From positions 344,007 to 408,006 of the forward strand of contig JACROE010000002.1 in NCBI GenBank assembly GCA_016214565.1: DNA of 64,000 nt, given 5' to 3'. The position numbers and the translations under genes were made by a program. The notes under the pieces were generated by a model, which worked only from the letters and a program-made list of their open reading frames with translations, ran no database searches and was not told where the DNA came from. The stretch comes from Candidatus Kerfeldbacteria bacterium. Lineage in GTDB: Bacteria > Patescibacteriota > Patescibacteriia > UBA10025 > JAHIVO01. Below are positions 39,597 through 49,807 of the stretch, one piece after another (within the stretch, counting starts at the first letter, position 1; every line of letters begins with the position of its first letter).

Positions 39597-40214
39597 TTAT
39601 CCCCGCTGTACTATTGCCCGGATCGGCGCGTACGATCGCCGATGAATCGGAGACGCGCCATGCTGACGGAGTGCTCGCTGGTGCCATGCCGTGCCATACC
39701 CTTTGTGCTGAGCAAAACGGTAGAGTGGATAACGCCGATCATAGTGCACCATCATTCGATCGCGAAAAACTTTTGCCAGAATTGATGCAGCGGCAATGGA
39801 CATAATCTGAGCATCACCATCTATAATGGAATGGACGGGAATGTTCAGCGCGATCTTGAGCGTGCCATCAACTAAAGCAACATGCGGTAATTTCGGCAAC
39901 AACTCCAGGGCATGGGCGATGACGCGTATATTCGCTTCGCCCACGCCGACTCGATCTATCTCTGCCGAACTGATTGAGCAAATTTGATAGGCGAGCGCCT
40001 GCCCACAAATCTCATCACATAATTGTTCTCGATGTCGAGGAGACAATAGTTTTGAATCACGCAATCCGGGTAACGAATTGTTTGCCGGCAGAATAACCGC
40101 CGCAGCCACAATCGGTCCAGCCCAGGCGCCGCGCCCCGCTTCATCCGCGCCGGCAATCAACCGGTACCCCTTCCGACGATATTCATTTTCAATCTTTTGA
40201 TTTGGATATTGCAT
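39597..40214 (-). CDS. rnhB: Ribonuclease HII
   Basis: IAGADEAGRGAWAGPIVAAAVIL. Start trimmed to the internal ATG giving MQYPNQ. The 74 codons that extend the ORF-track reading frame upstream have no homology support. Confidence 0.75.
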   Translation of the reverse strand: MQYPNQKIENEYRRKGYRLIAGADEAGRGAWAGPIVAAAVILPANNSLPGLRDSKLLSPRHREQLCDEICGQALAYQICSISSAEIDRVGVGEANIRVIAHALELLPKLPHVALVDGTLKIALNIPVHSIIDGDAQIMSIAAASILAKVFRDRMMVHYDRRYPLYRFAQHKGYGTAWHQRALRQHGASPIHRRSYAPIRAIVQRG

Positions 40215-40769
40215 AACCACAGTATATACCTTAATCAACAATTTCCTAATAACAAAAAAGTGCGCCGGGTGAGGCGCGCCGATAAGGGGAAAGAGTGATA
40301 AGAAAAAAACCCGAAGGTGTGTTCTTATGGAATTGAAAAGGAGGTGTAGCGCACCAATAATATATTGTTTTATATGCGACACCTCCCTGATGGGAGTGTC
40401 GTGAGCGTTAACCGCTCGTATGTAGGTCGGATGCACCGACGCACATATGAGCAGTTAATGCCACATATGAAACTCCCATTATGTTGCCTTTTGCGTTGGA
40501 TTTTTCAAAAAGCGAATTTCTCTACCTTCTTGTGGTGTTCTCTCTGCTATTTTTTTGTTTTGCGCAAAGAGTTACCTTTTTGTTTTGTTTCGTTTTTTGT
40601 TCGCGATGTCCAACTGCATCGCTCCAAAAGTAGAGAAAGCATACAACCGAACTCATTCGGGCATATCGCTTCCGCTACCTTACTGTGGATAAGTTTTCAA
40701 ATTTCGTATGCGACCAGTATATCATAATAAAAGACCAATGTCAATAGTTTCTTTTGGCTAATATTAAAT

Positions 40770-40800
40770 AAAAATAAAAAATGGTTTAAATTAAACCATT
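40770..40800 (-). terminator. Rho-independent terminator downstream of the cmk-like gene (minus strand)
   Basis: Palindrome aatggtttaa-at-ttaaaccatt followed on the minus strand by tttttatttttattt. Confidence 0.6.
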
Positions 40801-40819
40801 ACTACTAATATTTTTTCGT

Positions 40820-41380
40820 TTACTTCAAGCGGCTTTGGACAAACTCCCAGACTTGCCGATATTCGGCTTCAGGCGTCAGATCAGTCGTGTCTAAAAACAA
40901 ATCGTAATGCGCGGGAGAAAAAATATCCAAATGATAATACTTTTGGTAGCGCAATTGATCGCTGGCAAGCCGTGCGCGAACCGCATTCTCTACCGCAACG
41001 TAATCCGTGAGATTTACACCCTCATTCCGATCCTGCGCTCCCTGCCGTATTGCGTCCCAGATGCGCTGGCTGCCGACCTCCACTGATACGTCAAGGAATA
41101 TCTTAATCGCGTGGGGAATAAAATGGAATGCGGTGCGACTTTCAATAATAAAGTCATCCTTCGTTTTACCTAATTCCGTCAGATACTCATCAAACTCCGT
41201 GTCGCCCTCAGGATGGGACTCGCTCCAAGCGTTAAATTCCTGAAGGGTCATCCCTTTCCGTCGCGCCATCTCGCGCCGCATGCCGCCGATGTAGATGCGC
41301 TCATAGCCAAGCGCCGCCGCGAGCCTGGTCGCGACGGTGCTTTTGCCTGAGCCTGGTTTGCCGTTCAAACTAATAATCAT
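40820..41380 (-). CDS. P-loop nucleoside-monophosphate kinase, cytidylate-kinase-like
   Basis: ISLNGKPGSGKSTVATRLAAALGYERIY. Start set at the ATG giving MIISLNG, which removes the overlap with pnp. The longer ORF-track start at 41503 is possible but would overlap pnp by 130 nt. Confidence 0.55.
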   Translation of the reverse strand: MIISLNGKPGSGKSTVATRLAAALGYERIYIGGMRREMARRKGMTLQEFNAWSESHPEGDTEFDEYLTELGKTKDDFIIESRTAFHFIPHAIKIFLDVSVEVGSQRIWDAIRQGAQDRNEGVNLTDYVAVENAVRARLASDQLRYQKYYHLDIFSPAHYDLFLDTTDLTPEAEYRQVWEFVQSRLK

Positions 41381-43655
41381 TGATCGGGCGTTGACGATTG
41401 AAGCGATGATTACCGCCATGGGAACCATGAGACGGACGATTAAAGGGACGTCGTGGACGATCCTGCACGCCCTCGGGGTCAGTCGATGGAGCGGATTGAT
41501 CAAAAACTTTATGAGACAATTCCACGCGACCTTTTTCTTTGTCTACCCCCATCACCTTCACCTTGAGTGGGTCGCCAACTTTTACGACATCGGAGACGCG
41601 ATTGATTCGCTGATTTCTAAATTGTGAAATGTGAACCATGCCGTCTTTGCCAGGAAGCACTTCGACGATAGCGCCGATCTCACTTCCGGTATTACGATCC
41701 GTAACGATGCGGGTGACGACGCCATCGTATACCTCGCCGACAGTTAAGTCGTGGGTAAGATTCTTGATCCAATCAATTGCCTTTTTAGACATATCGGCAT
41801 TTGTCGAGGTCACCATGATCAAACCGGTGTCCTCAATATCAATCTGCAATACATCCTCACCACCGCATTCCTCAATAATCTTATTGATTGTTTCACCGCC
41901 TTTACCGATGACTTCACGGATTTTTTCAGGATCAATCTGCACTGCGGTAATGCGCGGTGCGTATTGAGACATTTCGGTACGAGGCGCGGGTATAATTTGC
42001 GTCATTCGTTCCAAAATTGCCAAGCGAGCTTTTAAGGCGGCGGCGAGCGTATCACCGATCACCGCGAAATCAATGCCGTGCAATTTCACATCAAGCTGAA
42101 TAGCGGTAATACCCGTGCTGGTACCCGCAACTTTGAAATCCATATCACCATCATGATCCTCCACGCCTTGAATATCAGTCAGCAACCGGTAATTGGATGA
42201 ATTATCCGGATCAGTAATTAAGCCAATAGCAACGCCTGCAACCGGCGCGAGAATCGGCACGCCTGCATCCATCAAAGCAAGCGATGATCCACAAGCGGAC
42301 GCCTGGGATGAAGAACCATTTGACGAGAGCACCTCAGATACAACACGAATGGTGTAGGGGAATGATTCTTTTGACGGGAGCACAGGCTCAAGCGCCTTCT
42401 CAGCGAGAGCCCCATGACCGATCTCTCGGCGGCCAGGGGAGCGAACTGGTTTTGCTTCGCCCACCGAAAAGCCAGGGAAATTATAATGATGCATATAGCG
42501 CTTCTTGCCGCTCTCTTCCATGGTGTCGAGCACTTGCTCATCTCCGGGAGAACCCAGGGTGACAATGGAGAGTACCTGCGTTTCACCACGATTAAATAGT
42601 CCGGAGCCATGGGTGCGAGGCAGTAGGCCCACTTCACACCACACTTCACGAAGTTCATCGATTGACCGGCCATCAACGCGCTTGCCTGTCTCAAGCACCA
42701 AACGCCGCACTTCCCGATAATACGCTTCATCAATAAGCCCAATGCCCTTGGCACGGTGTTCTTTCGACACTGCATTATCGGCCTTGAGCATGGCATCGAG
42801 CTCGGTTTTGACCGCTTCCAATGCAGCGGCGTGTTCTTGTTTGCCACGTATCTGGAATACGGCTGGTAATTTTTCCTGGAGGAACGCGTTTACTTTTGTT
42901 TCCACGGCCTGCCAGGTCTGCTGTTCTTCAGGCGCAGCGGGAGTGCCAATCACTGACATTTTAGTCCGACCAACTTTTGCTTGGATTTCCCGGATAAATG
43001 TCACGATGCCACTGCTTTGTTTAAAACCAAATTCCATGGCCTGCAACATGACATCTTCCGGAATCTGTGCGCCACCCGCTTCGATCATCACTACTTTTTT
43101 GTCAGTGCCAACGACCACTAAATCCAAATCGCTTTTCTCGCGTTGTTCATATGATGGATTCAAAATCCATTCACCATTCACCCGGCCAACCCGTGAGCCA
43201 GCCACCGGACCATGCCAGGGGATATCAGAAACGGACAAAGCAGCTGACGCGGCAATGAGCGAAACAACATCCGCGTCATTCTCTTGGTCAACTGATAGTA
43301 CGGTCACCACGACCTGAATATCATTCCGAATTGATTCGTCGAAGAGTGGGCGAATCGAACGATCCACCATACGCGCGGTGAGCACTGCTTCATCAGTCGG
43401 ACGGCCTTCGCGCTTGATGAAGCGGGAGCCTTTAATTTTCCCGGCCGCATACAGGCGCTCTTCATAATCCACCATCAGCGGAAAATAATCGATGCCATCG
43501 CGGATGGTATCACTTAATACTGCCGTAGCGAGGACAACCGTACCGCCATATTGAACGGTACAGGAGCCATTGGTCTGTCCGGCAAGTTTGCCGAACTCAA
43601 ATGTCATTTCTTTACCGGCTACCGTCGTGGTAAACCGTTGGGGAGTAGGAACCAT
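41370..43655 (-). CDS. pnp: Polyribonucleotide nucleotidyltransferase (PNPase) with a basic C-terminal tail
   Basis: Two RNase-PH domains, a KH domain (GKGGETINKIIEE) and an S1 domain (VGEVYDGVVTRIV). Confidence 0.9.
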   Translation of the reverse strand: MVPTPQRFTTTVAGKEMTFEFGKLAGQTNGSCTVQYGGTVVLATAVLSDTIRDGIDYFPLMVDYEERLYAAGKIKGSRFIKREGRPTDEAVLTARMVDRSIRPLFDESIRNDIQVVVTVLSVDQENDADVVSLIAASAALSVSDIPWHGPVAGSRVGRVNGEWILNPSYEQREKSDLDLVVVGTDKKVVMIEAGGAQIPEDVMLQAMEFGFKQSSGIVTFIREIQAKVGRTKMSVIGTPAAPEEQQTWQAVETKVNAFLQEKLPAVFQIRGKQEHAAALEAVKTELDAMLKADNAVSKEHRAKGIGLIDEAYYREVRRLVLETGKRVDGRSIDELREVWCEVGLLPRTHGSGLFNRGETQVLSIVTLGSPGDEQVLDTMEESGKKRYMHHYNFPGFSVGEAKPVRSPGRREIGHGALAEKALEPVLPSKESFPYTIRVVSEVLSSNGSSSQASACGSSLALMDAGVPILAPVAGVAIGLITDPDNSSNYRLLTDIQGVEDHDGDMDFKVAGTSTGITAIQLDVKLHGIDFAVIGDTLAAALKARLAILERMTQIIPAPRTEMSQYAPRITAVQIDPEKIREVIGKGGETINKIIEECGGEDVLQIDIEDTGLIMVTSTNADMSKKAIDWIKNLTHDLTVGEVYDGVVTRIVTDRNTGSEIGAIVEVLPGKDGMVHISQFRNQRINRVSDVVKVGDPLKVKVMGVDKEKGRVELSHKVFDQSAPSTDPEGVQDRPRRPFNRPSHGSHGGNHRFNRQRPINDY

Positions 43656-43829
43656 AGTTCTTTCCTTTCGTAACTACCGCATCAGAGTCTGCACTATGGA
43701 TACGAGCTCATAAACTTGTGCTCCGGAGTACATCGAATCCTGATGTACTGCGGTGAATAAGCCTACGAAACGTCGCACCTGCATGTGCTCCATCTCAATG
43801 TAGTAGATATATTAATTATCAAATAAATT

Positions 43830-44348
43830 TTATCGACCGATAAATCGGCGACGAGGTGCAATTAAATATTTCTTTTTGTCTTCACTTAAATCATGAAATT
43901 CGTCAGTGACGGCGCGAAGATTTGATGAGGCGGATTCGCCAAATGCGATCACCTCGACAAAGACGCCAAGGTTTTTCAGATAATTTATCAACGGTACGAA
44001 GTCGCCATCACCGGTTACCAGCACCACAACGTCCAGTTTCGGCGCCAATCGAACCGCGTCGATAGCCACACCAATATCCCAATCGCCTTTTTTGTTGCCA
44101 CCGTGGAATATCTGCAGCTCTTTCATTTTTACTTCAAAGCCTTGGTTGTCCAGCGCTTCAAAAAATTTCTGTTCATCAACGTTGTCCGCCTTGATGACGT
44201 AGGCAATCGCCCGGATCAGCTCTCGGTCAGCCACCGCCGTATCAAGCACGGCGCCAAAATTAACCTTTGCCCCGTACAAATTCTTTGCGGAGTAATAGAG
44301 GTTTTGAACGTCGACGAAAACACCGACGCGTTGAGCTTTAAGTTTCAT
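43830..44348 (-). CDS. NYN-domain (LabA/DUF88-like) predicted RNase
   Basis: VGVFVDVQNLYYSA...VVLVTGDGDFVPLI is the NYN/PIN-like nuclease pattern. Confidence 0.7.
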   Translation of the reverse strand: MKLKAQRVGVFVDVQNLYYSAKNLYGAKVNFGAVLDTAVADRELIRAIAYVIKADNVDEQKFFEALDNQGFEVKMKELQIFHGGNKKGDWDIGVAIDAVRLAPKLDVVVLVTGDGDFVPLINYLKNLGVFVEVIAFGESASSNLRAVTDEFHDLSEDKKKYLIAPRRRFIGR

Positions 44349-44617
44349 TACTTCTTCTTAAGTTTCAGCTTAACTGACAAGTCTTCGAAACTTTTCGCAT
44401 TCTCCTTCTCGAGATATCGCAGGAGACGACGACGCTGTCCTACTTTGCGCAGGAGACCACGACGTGAAGAGAAGTCTTTCTTGTGATCCTTAAGGTGGCC
44501 AGTCAAGCGCTTAATCTCTTCCGAGAGTATTGCAATTTGGACCTCGGCGGAGCCAGTGTCCTTCTCATGCACTTTATACTTCTCGATTATCTTATCCTTT
44601 TCCTTTTTGGTTAGCAT
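44348..44617 (-). CDS. rpsO: 30S ribosomal protein S15
   Basis: [14 protein letters not shown]...[38 protein letters not shown]. Start trimmed to the ATG preceded by GAAAGGAA. Confidence 0.85.
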   Translation of the reverse strand: MLTKKEKDKIIEKYKVHEKDTGSAEVQIAILSEEIKRLTGHLKDHKKDFSSRRGLLRKVGQRRRLLRYLEKENAKSFEDLSVKLKLKKK

Positions 44618-44865
44618 AATTGTTCCTTTCAGGCGAATCCGAGTAAAAGGGGCTAACCATCGACCCAAAACCCAGTATTCGTCTTCATAAATTAAGTACC
44701 CATAGTATACGAAATAGACCCACCCTGTCAACCCCGCTAGAAACGACATTGAAAATGAGTCCTTCCGTTTCTGATGGAGTCAGTCAAAGCTTAAGCCACC
44801 AAAACGCAGGGGATGATTGCGAATTTTGACTCCATGCCTAATGTGTCGTAAAATGACGCCACACT

Positions 44866-45723
44866 ATGACCAACGAGTGCTTCACCATGATGAATCAATA
44901 TCTAGACGTTGTTCGGCAAGACGGCTCAATCCAGGCTGCAAAAAATTACCAAGCCTACCTCCGTAAATTTTTTACCATGACCCAGTGTCAAACGATTAAT
45001 GGCATCACGGCCGAACATGTACAAACATTTCGCAACCAGCTCCAACAAACGAGAACCAGCCGAGCCGAATTAATGCGTACATCGACAATCAACTATCACC
45101 TCATTGCACTGCGTTCATTTATCCGGTACTGTCACGAGCAGGGGATGACCCAACTCACTGAAACGGCTATTCCTCTGCTGCCCGCGGCTCGGCATGCCCG
45201 CCCCTCTATTACCCACTATGACCTAAGTCAGTTTCGCGAAGCGCCACTCACCGCCACAAATGCAGAAATCATCCAGCGTCGAGATAAAGCCTTGATTGAA
45301 TTATTACTCACCACGGGGTTAAAGGTTTCCGAAATTGCTTCACTCAAACGCACCGATGTGCAATCAGGAAAAAATATTCTTGCGATCCGCGGTCTCCGCG
45401 ACACTGTCCGTACCCTCAACCTTACGAAACAAACTCACCATTGGTTGCGCCAATATCTTCAGATGCGGCGCGACGACGCAACCGCACTCTTTGTTCGTCA
45501 TGACAAAGCGCAAAAAACTACCCCAAACGCGCTGACGGCACGGAGTATCCAACGTATTATCAAGCGCTATGCGCTCTCCTCAGGTTTAGGCAGGGACGTC
45601 ACGCCAGAATCACTACGTCAGCAATACGCTAAAATCTTGGCGGCCAATGGTGAAACTATTCAAGAGATCAAAAAACGTTTGGGCCACGCGTCAAGTACTA
45701 CCACTAAGCGATATACAAAATAA
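44866..45723 (+). CDS. Tyrosine recombinase (XerC/D-phage integrase family) with non-canonical active-site residues
   Basis: N-terminal SAM-like domain. The catalytic domain aligns with Xer boxes: ELLLTTGLKVSEIASL (Arg-I replaced by Lys), TPESLRQQYA (HxLRHS replaced by ExLRQQ), LGHASSTTTKRYT (His and the Tyr nucleophile retained). Confidence 0.65.
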   Translation: MTNECFTMMNQYLDVVRQDGSIQAAKNYQAYLRKFFTMTQCQTINGITAEHVQTFRNQLQQTRTSRAELMRTSTINYHLIALRSFIRYCHEQGMTQLTETAIPLLPAARHARPSITHYDLSQFREAPLTATNAEIIQRRDKALIELLLTTGLKVSEIASLKRTDVQSGKNILAIRGLRDTVRTLNLTKQTHHWLRQYLQMRRDDATALFVRHDKAQKTTPNALTARSIQRIIKRYALSSGLGRDVTPESLRQQYAKILAANGETIQEIKKRLGHASSTTTKRYTK

Positions 45724-45734
45724 TTAATACGCAT

Positions 45735-45799
45735 GCCCCTGTAGTTCAACGGACAGAACAAGAGCCTTCTAAGCTCTGGATGCAGGTTCGACTCCTGCC
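45735..45799 (+). tRNA. tRNA-Arg (anticodon TCT), CCA encoded
   Basis: Acceptor gcccctg/cgggggt with two G-U pairs, D arm gttc-aacggaca-gaac, anticodon arm agagc-ctTCTaa-gctct, T arm gcagg-ttcgact-cctgc. Confidence 0.75.
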
Positions 45800-45825
45800 G
45801 GGGGTACCACTCACACGACACAGCT

Positions 45826-48366
45826 ATGAATACCCAGCGCGAGTTACTCCTCACCTTTTGCACGAAAACCGTCGAAGCACTCAATCAAGAGCTTGGCGTC
45901 AAATCTGACCAGGGTTTGAACGATACTGAAGTTGCCGAACGCCAAAAAAAATTTGGCGCCAATGAAATGCACCCTCATCAAATAGGCATCGGGAGTGTGT
46001 TTGCTCGCCAATTCAAATCAGCCTTTATTTATCTGCTTTTAATCGCGGCGGCGATTGTTATTGTGGCCGGAGAAACGCTCGATGGTATTATTATAATAAT
46101 TTTTGTGCTAATTAATGCTACGCTCGGATTTGTTCAGGAATACCGCTCTGAACGGGCGCTCAAATTATTACAACAATATGTTAAAACAGAAACGTCGGTC
46201 AGGCGACATGGTGAACTGCATCGGATTGACGCACGCGAATTAGTCCCCGGAGATATTGTTATAATCCAAACTGGCGATTCAGTCCCGGCCGACGTACGTT
46301 TACTCAAGGTATCGGGGTTACTGGTTAATGAAACCGCGCTGACTGGTGAATCAGTGGCCGTGGATAAAGATGCCGATGCTCTTGAAGCGCAGCCAGCTGA
46401 TCTCTATGCCGCACGTAATCTCTGCTTCTCTGGTACGTCCGTTGTTCAAGGAGAAGCCGAAGGAATCGTCATCGCAACCGGTCTCCAAACCGCCATCGGA
46501 AATATTACCCAGCTCACCACCGAGGCCGTCAAAGAAAGTAACTTCGCCAAAGGCATTGGCCGTTTTAGCAAATTCATTTTGCAAATGATCCTGATTACAC
46601 TGGTTTTTGTCTTTGTGGCAAATCGTTTAATCAAAGGGTCTGAAGTAAGCCTCATCGAGCAACTGGTATTCTCGCTGGCTCTCGCAGTCAGCGTGATTCC
46701 CGAAGCACTGCCGGTTGTTTCGACCGTTTCATTAAGTCGTGGCGCCGTAGAATTAGCCAAGCGCAAAGTGGTGGTAAAACGATTAACCTCAATCGAAGAT
46801 ATCGGTGGTATCGATGTATTGTGCTCCGATAAAACAGGAACGCTCACAGAAAATAAATTATCTCTCACCCACTACTGGCCGCAGGAGAGTGAACAAACGC
46901 TCCTCTTTGGCAACCTAGCGGCGCAGCAGGATGAAGAAAAGCACGAACCCTTTGACGCGGCACTATGGGAAGCTGCGCCCGACGACGTTCGCCGGCAGAT
47001 TGACCGCTACACTCGTATCACTGAATTTCCTTTTGACCCGGTACGACGACTCAATGGGGTCGTGGTACAAAACGGAGTGAAGACATTCAGTATCATTCGC
47101 GGCGCACCAGACGAAATCCTCAAACGCTGCACCACGCTTGATGCCGGCACACAAGCAGCAGCTGCCAAGTGGCTCCGCGAACGCGGCCACGCCGGTGAAC
47201 GAGTATTAGCAATCGCCACAGGCCCTGCTGCGCAGGAAATATTGCCCGATACCCCCTATGAGCTGATTGGCATTATGTCATTCGTCGACCCCATCAAAGA
47301 ATCAACCTTTCGTGCTGTGACCAAAGCGCGCGCACTCGGCGTGTCTATGAAAATCATTACCGGCGATGCGGCAGAAGTAGCCGGGGCCGTTGCTCAGCAA
47401 ATTAAACTCACCGCACACCCCGATCATGTCATGAGCGGTTCCGATTTTGAAAAACTATCACTAATGGAGCGACGACAAGCTGTAGAAAATTTTTCGGTGT
47501 TTGCCCGCGTCAACCCTGAACAAAAATTTGCCATTATCGATACACTCCAATCGCATCATAATGTTGGTTTCTTGGGCGAGGGGATTAATGACGCACCGGC
47601 CCTTAAACGTGCTGGTGTTTCGTTGGTGGTCCAGAGCGCGGCCAGCATTGCCCGAGAAGCGGCCGACATTATTCTCCTCCAAAAAAACCTTGAAGTCATC
47701 ATCGATGGGATCGAATACGGGCGCACGGTTTTTGCGAATACCATCAAATATCTCAAAGCCACCCTGGCGTCAAACTTTGGGAACTTCTACGCCATTGCCT
47801 TGGGATCGCTATTTATCAGCTACTTGCCAATGCTTCCTCTGCAAATATTATTAGTAAATCTTCTGTCAGACTTTCCCATGATTTCCATTGCCACTGATAA
47901 CGTAAAAAAATCTGAAGTGACGCGGCCTCAGCGCTACAATGTTCGCGAAATCGTTTATATTGCCACGGTCCTTGGCGTGGTTAGCACCGTCTTTGACTTC
48001 ATGTTCTTTGGGTTCTTTTTTCGCGAAGCTCCGGCTGTACTCCAAACCAATTGGTTTATGGGGAGCATTTTGACTGAACTCGTTTTTCTCTTTTCGATCC
48101 GCACCAGTCTGCCATTCTACAAAGCTGCCAAACCATCACGGTATATACTATTCTTAACCGGCGCGGCAGTTGTACTGACAGTTTTGATTCCCTACTTACC
48201 GTTTGGTCAATCAGTATTTAAATTTGCTCCTCCGAGCATCGGTCATCTAGCGATTATTTTTGGCCTGGTTATTGCATATTTCGCCTGCAGTGAAATAGTA
48301 AAAAATATGTTCTACAAATTGGCAACCCCTCACACAACGTCCTCACACTCCCATGCAACTCAATAA
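45826..48366 (+). CDS. Cation-transporting P-type ATPase (type II, Ca2+/Mg2+-like)
   Basis: CSDKTGTLTEN (phosphorylation site), TGES, PEAL, TGD, GEGINDAPALKRAGV, 10 transmembrane helices. Confidence 0.85.
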   Translation: MNTQRELLLTFCTKTVEALNQELGVKSDQGLNDTEVAERQKKFGANEMHPHQIGIGSVFARQFKSAFIYLLLIAAAIVIVAGETLDGIIIIIFVLINATLGFVQEYRSERALKLLQQYVKTETSVRRHGELHRIDARELVPGDIVIIQTGDSVPADVRLLKVSGLLVNETALTGESVAVDKDADALEAQPADLYAARNLCFSGTSVVQGEAEGIVIATGLQTAIGNITQLTTEAVKESNFAKGIGRFSKFILQMILITLVFVFVANRLIKGSEVSLIEQLVFSLALAVSVIPEALPVVSTVSLSRGAVELAKRKVVVKRLTSIEDIGGIDVLCSDKTGTLTENKLSLTHYWPQESEQTLLFGNLAAQQDEEKHEPFDAALWEAAPDDVRRQIDRYTRITEFPFDPVRRLNGVVVQNGVKTFSIIRGAPDEILKRCTTLDAGTQAAAAKWLRERGHAGERVLAIATGPAAQEILPDTPYELIGIMSFVDPIKESTFRAVTKARALGVSMKIITGDAAEVAGAVAQQIKLTAHPDHVMSGSDFEKLSLMERRQAVENFSVFARVNPEQKFAIIDTLQSHHNVGFLGEGINDAPALKRAGVSLVVQSAASIAREAADIILLQKNLEVIIDGIEYGRTVFANTIKYLKATLASNFGNFYAIALGSLFISYLPMLPLQILLVNLLSDFPMISIATDNVKKSEVTRPQRYNVREIVYIATVLGVVSTVFDFMFFGFFFREAPAVLQTNWFMGSILTELVFLFSIRTSLPFYKAAKPSRYILFLTGAAVVLTVLIPYLPFGQSVFKFAPPSIGHLAIIFGLVIAYFACSEIVKNMFYKLATPHTTSSHSHATQ

Positions 48367-49033
48367 AAAAATTATCGTTATTACCGGAGCCAGCAAAGGT
48401 CTGGGAAGTGCATTAGCGGAAGCCGCGCTCCGTGAAGGCGCCCGTGTCGTTCGCTCTGCACGCGTGCTTCCCCGTGGCAGTTCACGATATACCCCAAACG
48501 AAATATGGATCCGCGCTGATGTCACCAAACCGGCTGACATGGACCGACTGGCGAAATCAGCAATTAAACATTTTGGCACTATTGATATTTGGATTAATAA
48601 CGCTGGCGTTCGTATCCCGCATGGACCGATCGAAAAAATCAACATCCCCCGCATGCATCGCATGATGGAGGTTAATCTCTTTGGCATGCTCTATGGCTCT
48701 CGCACAGCGCTCAACCATATGAAACGCCGCCGACAGGGAACTATTATTAATATACTTTCCACGAGTGCACTGACCGGCAGAGCCAATTCTGCTGCTTATT
48801 GTGCAAGTAAATACGCGGCAACCGGATTTACCAAATCACTCCGGCTCGAAGCAGCGCCAAAAAAAATTTCGGTGATCGGCGTCTACCCGGGTGGCATGCG
48901 CACGAATTTCTTCGATGAACAACGGCCGGCTGACTACGACAAATACATGAATCCGGCGTATGTAGCCGAACGCATCATCGCCAACCTCAAACGATCCTCC
49001 CCGCGAGAAGAGCTTATTATCAAACGAACATAA
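48353..49033 (+). CDS. Short-chain dehydrogenase/reductase (SDR)
   Basis: ITGASKGLG (TGxxxGxG), NNAG, S...YCASKYA (YxxxK). Confidence 0.8.
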   Translation: MQLNKKIIVITGASKGLGSALAEAALREGARVVRSARVLPRGSSRYTPNEIWIRADVTKPADMDRLAKSAIKHFGTIDIWINNAGVRIPHGPIEKINIPRMHRMMEVNLFGMLYGSRTALNHMKRRRQGTIINILSTSALTGRANSAAYCASKYAATGFTKSLRLEAAPKKISVIGVYPGGMRTNFFDEQRPADYDKYMNPAYVAERIIANLKRSSPREELIIKRT

Positions 49034-49036
49034 CGC

Positions 49037-49747
49037 ATGCATATTCCTGATGGATTCATTAATAATAACATCACCGGTCCGGCACTAGGATCAGCGGGTG
49101 CATTTGCCGCCGTAGCATTTCACAAAATATATCGAGAAGTAATGCAACGAGTTGCGGTGGCGCATAAGCAGCTGGCCACAATACCGGCGACCTCAGCTGA
49201 AATAACGACACGCCAAACTGCGGTCTCGAAATCGGGAAAGCGACAGCTGTGGCAGATGGCGACTGTCGGCAGTTTTATTTTTTTGATACAGCTTATTGAC
49301 GTACCGCTCATCAATGGGACGCCGGGTCACCTCCTCGGCGGAGCGCTTGCCGCTTTCATACTCGGTCCCTGGGCAGCGATGGTTACCATGGCAATCGTAT
49401 TATCGATTCAGGCGATCATACTCGGCGATGGCGGCACGATTGCGCTTGGTATTAATTTTCTCACTATGGGCGTCATAGCTATTTGGACTGCCTGGGGAAT
49501 GAGCTCTATGATAAAGAAAAAAACTCATGCCATACTCGGCCTAAGCACGGCGCTATCGGTCATAATCACTGCGCTGGTGACGGCTACCATTATGCAATTT
49601 GACACTTCCCGGTTTGGCGGAAACGTTCAGTCATTTATACTCACACACTGCGTTATCGGTATCGCGGAGGCGGGCGTCACGATAGTACTCATCCGCTGGT
49701 GGCAATCTCAAAAACAATCAATCGCGATCGCTGATATAAAAAAATAG
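49037..49747 (+). CDS. CbiM/NikM-like ECF-transporter substrate-capture membrane protein
   Basis: The MHIPDGF N-terminus is typical of CbiM/NikM. About 6 transmembrane helices. Confidence 0.5.
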   Translation: MHIPDGFINNNITGPALGSAGAFAAVAFHKIYREVMQRVAVAHKQLATIPATSAEITTRQTAVSKSGKRQLWQMATVGSFIFLIQLIDVPLINGTPGHLLGGALAAFILGPWAAMVTMAIVLSIQAIILGDGGTIALGINFLTMGVIAIWTAWGMSSMIKKKTHAILGLSTALSVIITALVTATIMQFDTSRFGGNVQSFILTHCVIGIAEAGVTIVLIRWWQSQKQSIAIADIKK

Positions 49748-49807
49748 GCGGCCAGCTGACCGGTTTGATACGAGGGCTTGGCGTGTCGCCAGGTCTGATT
49801 GATTACA

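Noticed and set aside
40215-40436. 74-codon N-terminal extension of RNase HII in the ORF track
   Set aside because: The extension is hydrophobic and low-complexity with no homology to RnhB. The internal Met gives a canonical-length protein.
44618-44749. 44-codon N-terminal extension of ribosomal protein S15
   Set aside because: The ATG giving MLTKKEKD is preceded by GAAAGGAA and yields a normal-length 89-aa S15.
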